DNA from: Lentisphaeria bacterium
Lineage (GTDB): Bacteria; Verrucomicrobiota; Lentisphaeria; JABSQK01; JAWLHB01
Assembly: GCA_041690595.1 (NCBI GenBank)
Contig: JAWLHB010000037.1
Location: 1 to 64,000 of the forward strand
DNA length: 64,000 nucleotides
Direction of reading: 5' to 3'
Under the pieces are notes generated by a model. It had not been told where the DNA came from and searched no databases. It saw nothing but the letters and a program-made list of their open reading frames with translations. Positions within the stretch are counted from its first letter, which is position 1, and every line of letters starts with the position of its first letter. The translations under genes were made by a program, and so were the position numbers. This document shows, piece after piece, positions 63,700-64,000 of this stretch.

Positions 63700-64000
63700 T
63701 CGACGGAGCAGAGGAACGCGTGGTGGAATCGACCATGACAGCGAGCGCCAAGAGCAGCTCCGGACGAGAGCCGGATGGCTACATCACCATGGCGAAGCCT
63801 GCCCAGACTTGTGACGTGACGCGGATTGCGGTCGCGGTGGCGGAGCGCTTGGGCCAGTCGCTTGGCGACAAGGATCTGCTGGCGGATTTCGAGCCGGAGG
63901 TGGAGTGGAAGCTGGCCGCGCAGGGACGCCTTTCCGAGACGGACATCCTGCAGGCGTACAGCGCTGCCTCGGGGCTGACGGTGATCGAGGACGAGGATGT
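63696..64000 (+). CDS. Probable T2SS ATPase GspE/PilB N-terminus (truncated at window edge)
   Basis: ATGA overlap with gspD; open to the edge; L...G.LSE.DIL.A helix motif; ATPase motifs not in window. Confidence 0.55.
   Translation, partial: MIDGAEERVVESTMTASAKSSSGREPDGYITMAKPAQTCDVTRIAVAVAERLGQSLGDKDLLADFEPEVEWKLAAQGRLSETDILQAYSAASGLTVIEDED

Overview
High-GC bacterial chromosomal window, most consistent with a PVC-superphylum organism (probably Lentisphaerota). That assignment is inferred from a prepilin-type/H-X9-DG-like protein, a GntR-LacI hybrid regulator, DUF6067-like secreted glycosidases and DUF4175/vWA-type genes. Left to right: a PAS hybrid histidine kinase followed by a receiver-Ser/Thr kinase fusion behind a sigma54-like promoter; prfB with an intact +1 programmed frameshift, coupled to DUF4175-like and vWA membrane proteins; an MFS transporter and a TIM-barrel isomerase; a PlcP/Agt-like lipid-remodelling pair; amino-sugar genes (divergent NagA, PIG-L deacetylase, NagB-like) split by a mosaic of REP-like repeats; YihY and a zinc peptidase-like protein; a seven-gene Mrp antiporter in permuted order FGABCDE; PhyH and a beta-propeller glycosidase-like gene; a 4264-aa secreted modular protein with an embedded terpene-cyclase/prenyltransferase-like barrel; an SDR, a second hybrid kinase and YceI; a GntR + pseudopilin + two paralogous giant glycosidase cassette; birA; and the start of a type II secretion operon (L/M/C/D/E-like). 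The best candidates for undescribed biology are the regulator-pilin-glycosidase cassette beside the T2SS core and the giant enzyme-bearing adhesin. No rRNA, tRNA, CRISPR array or transposase was seen. All family calls come from motif recognition by eye, not database searches.
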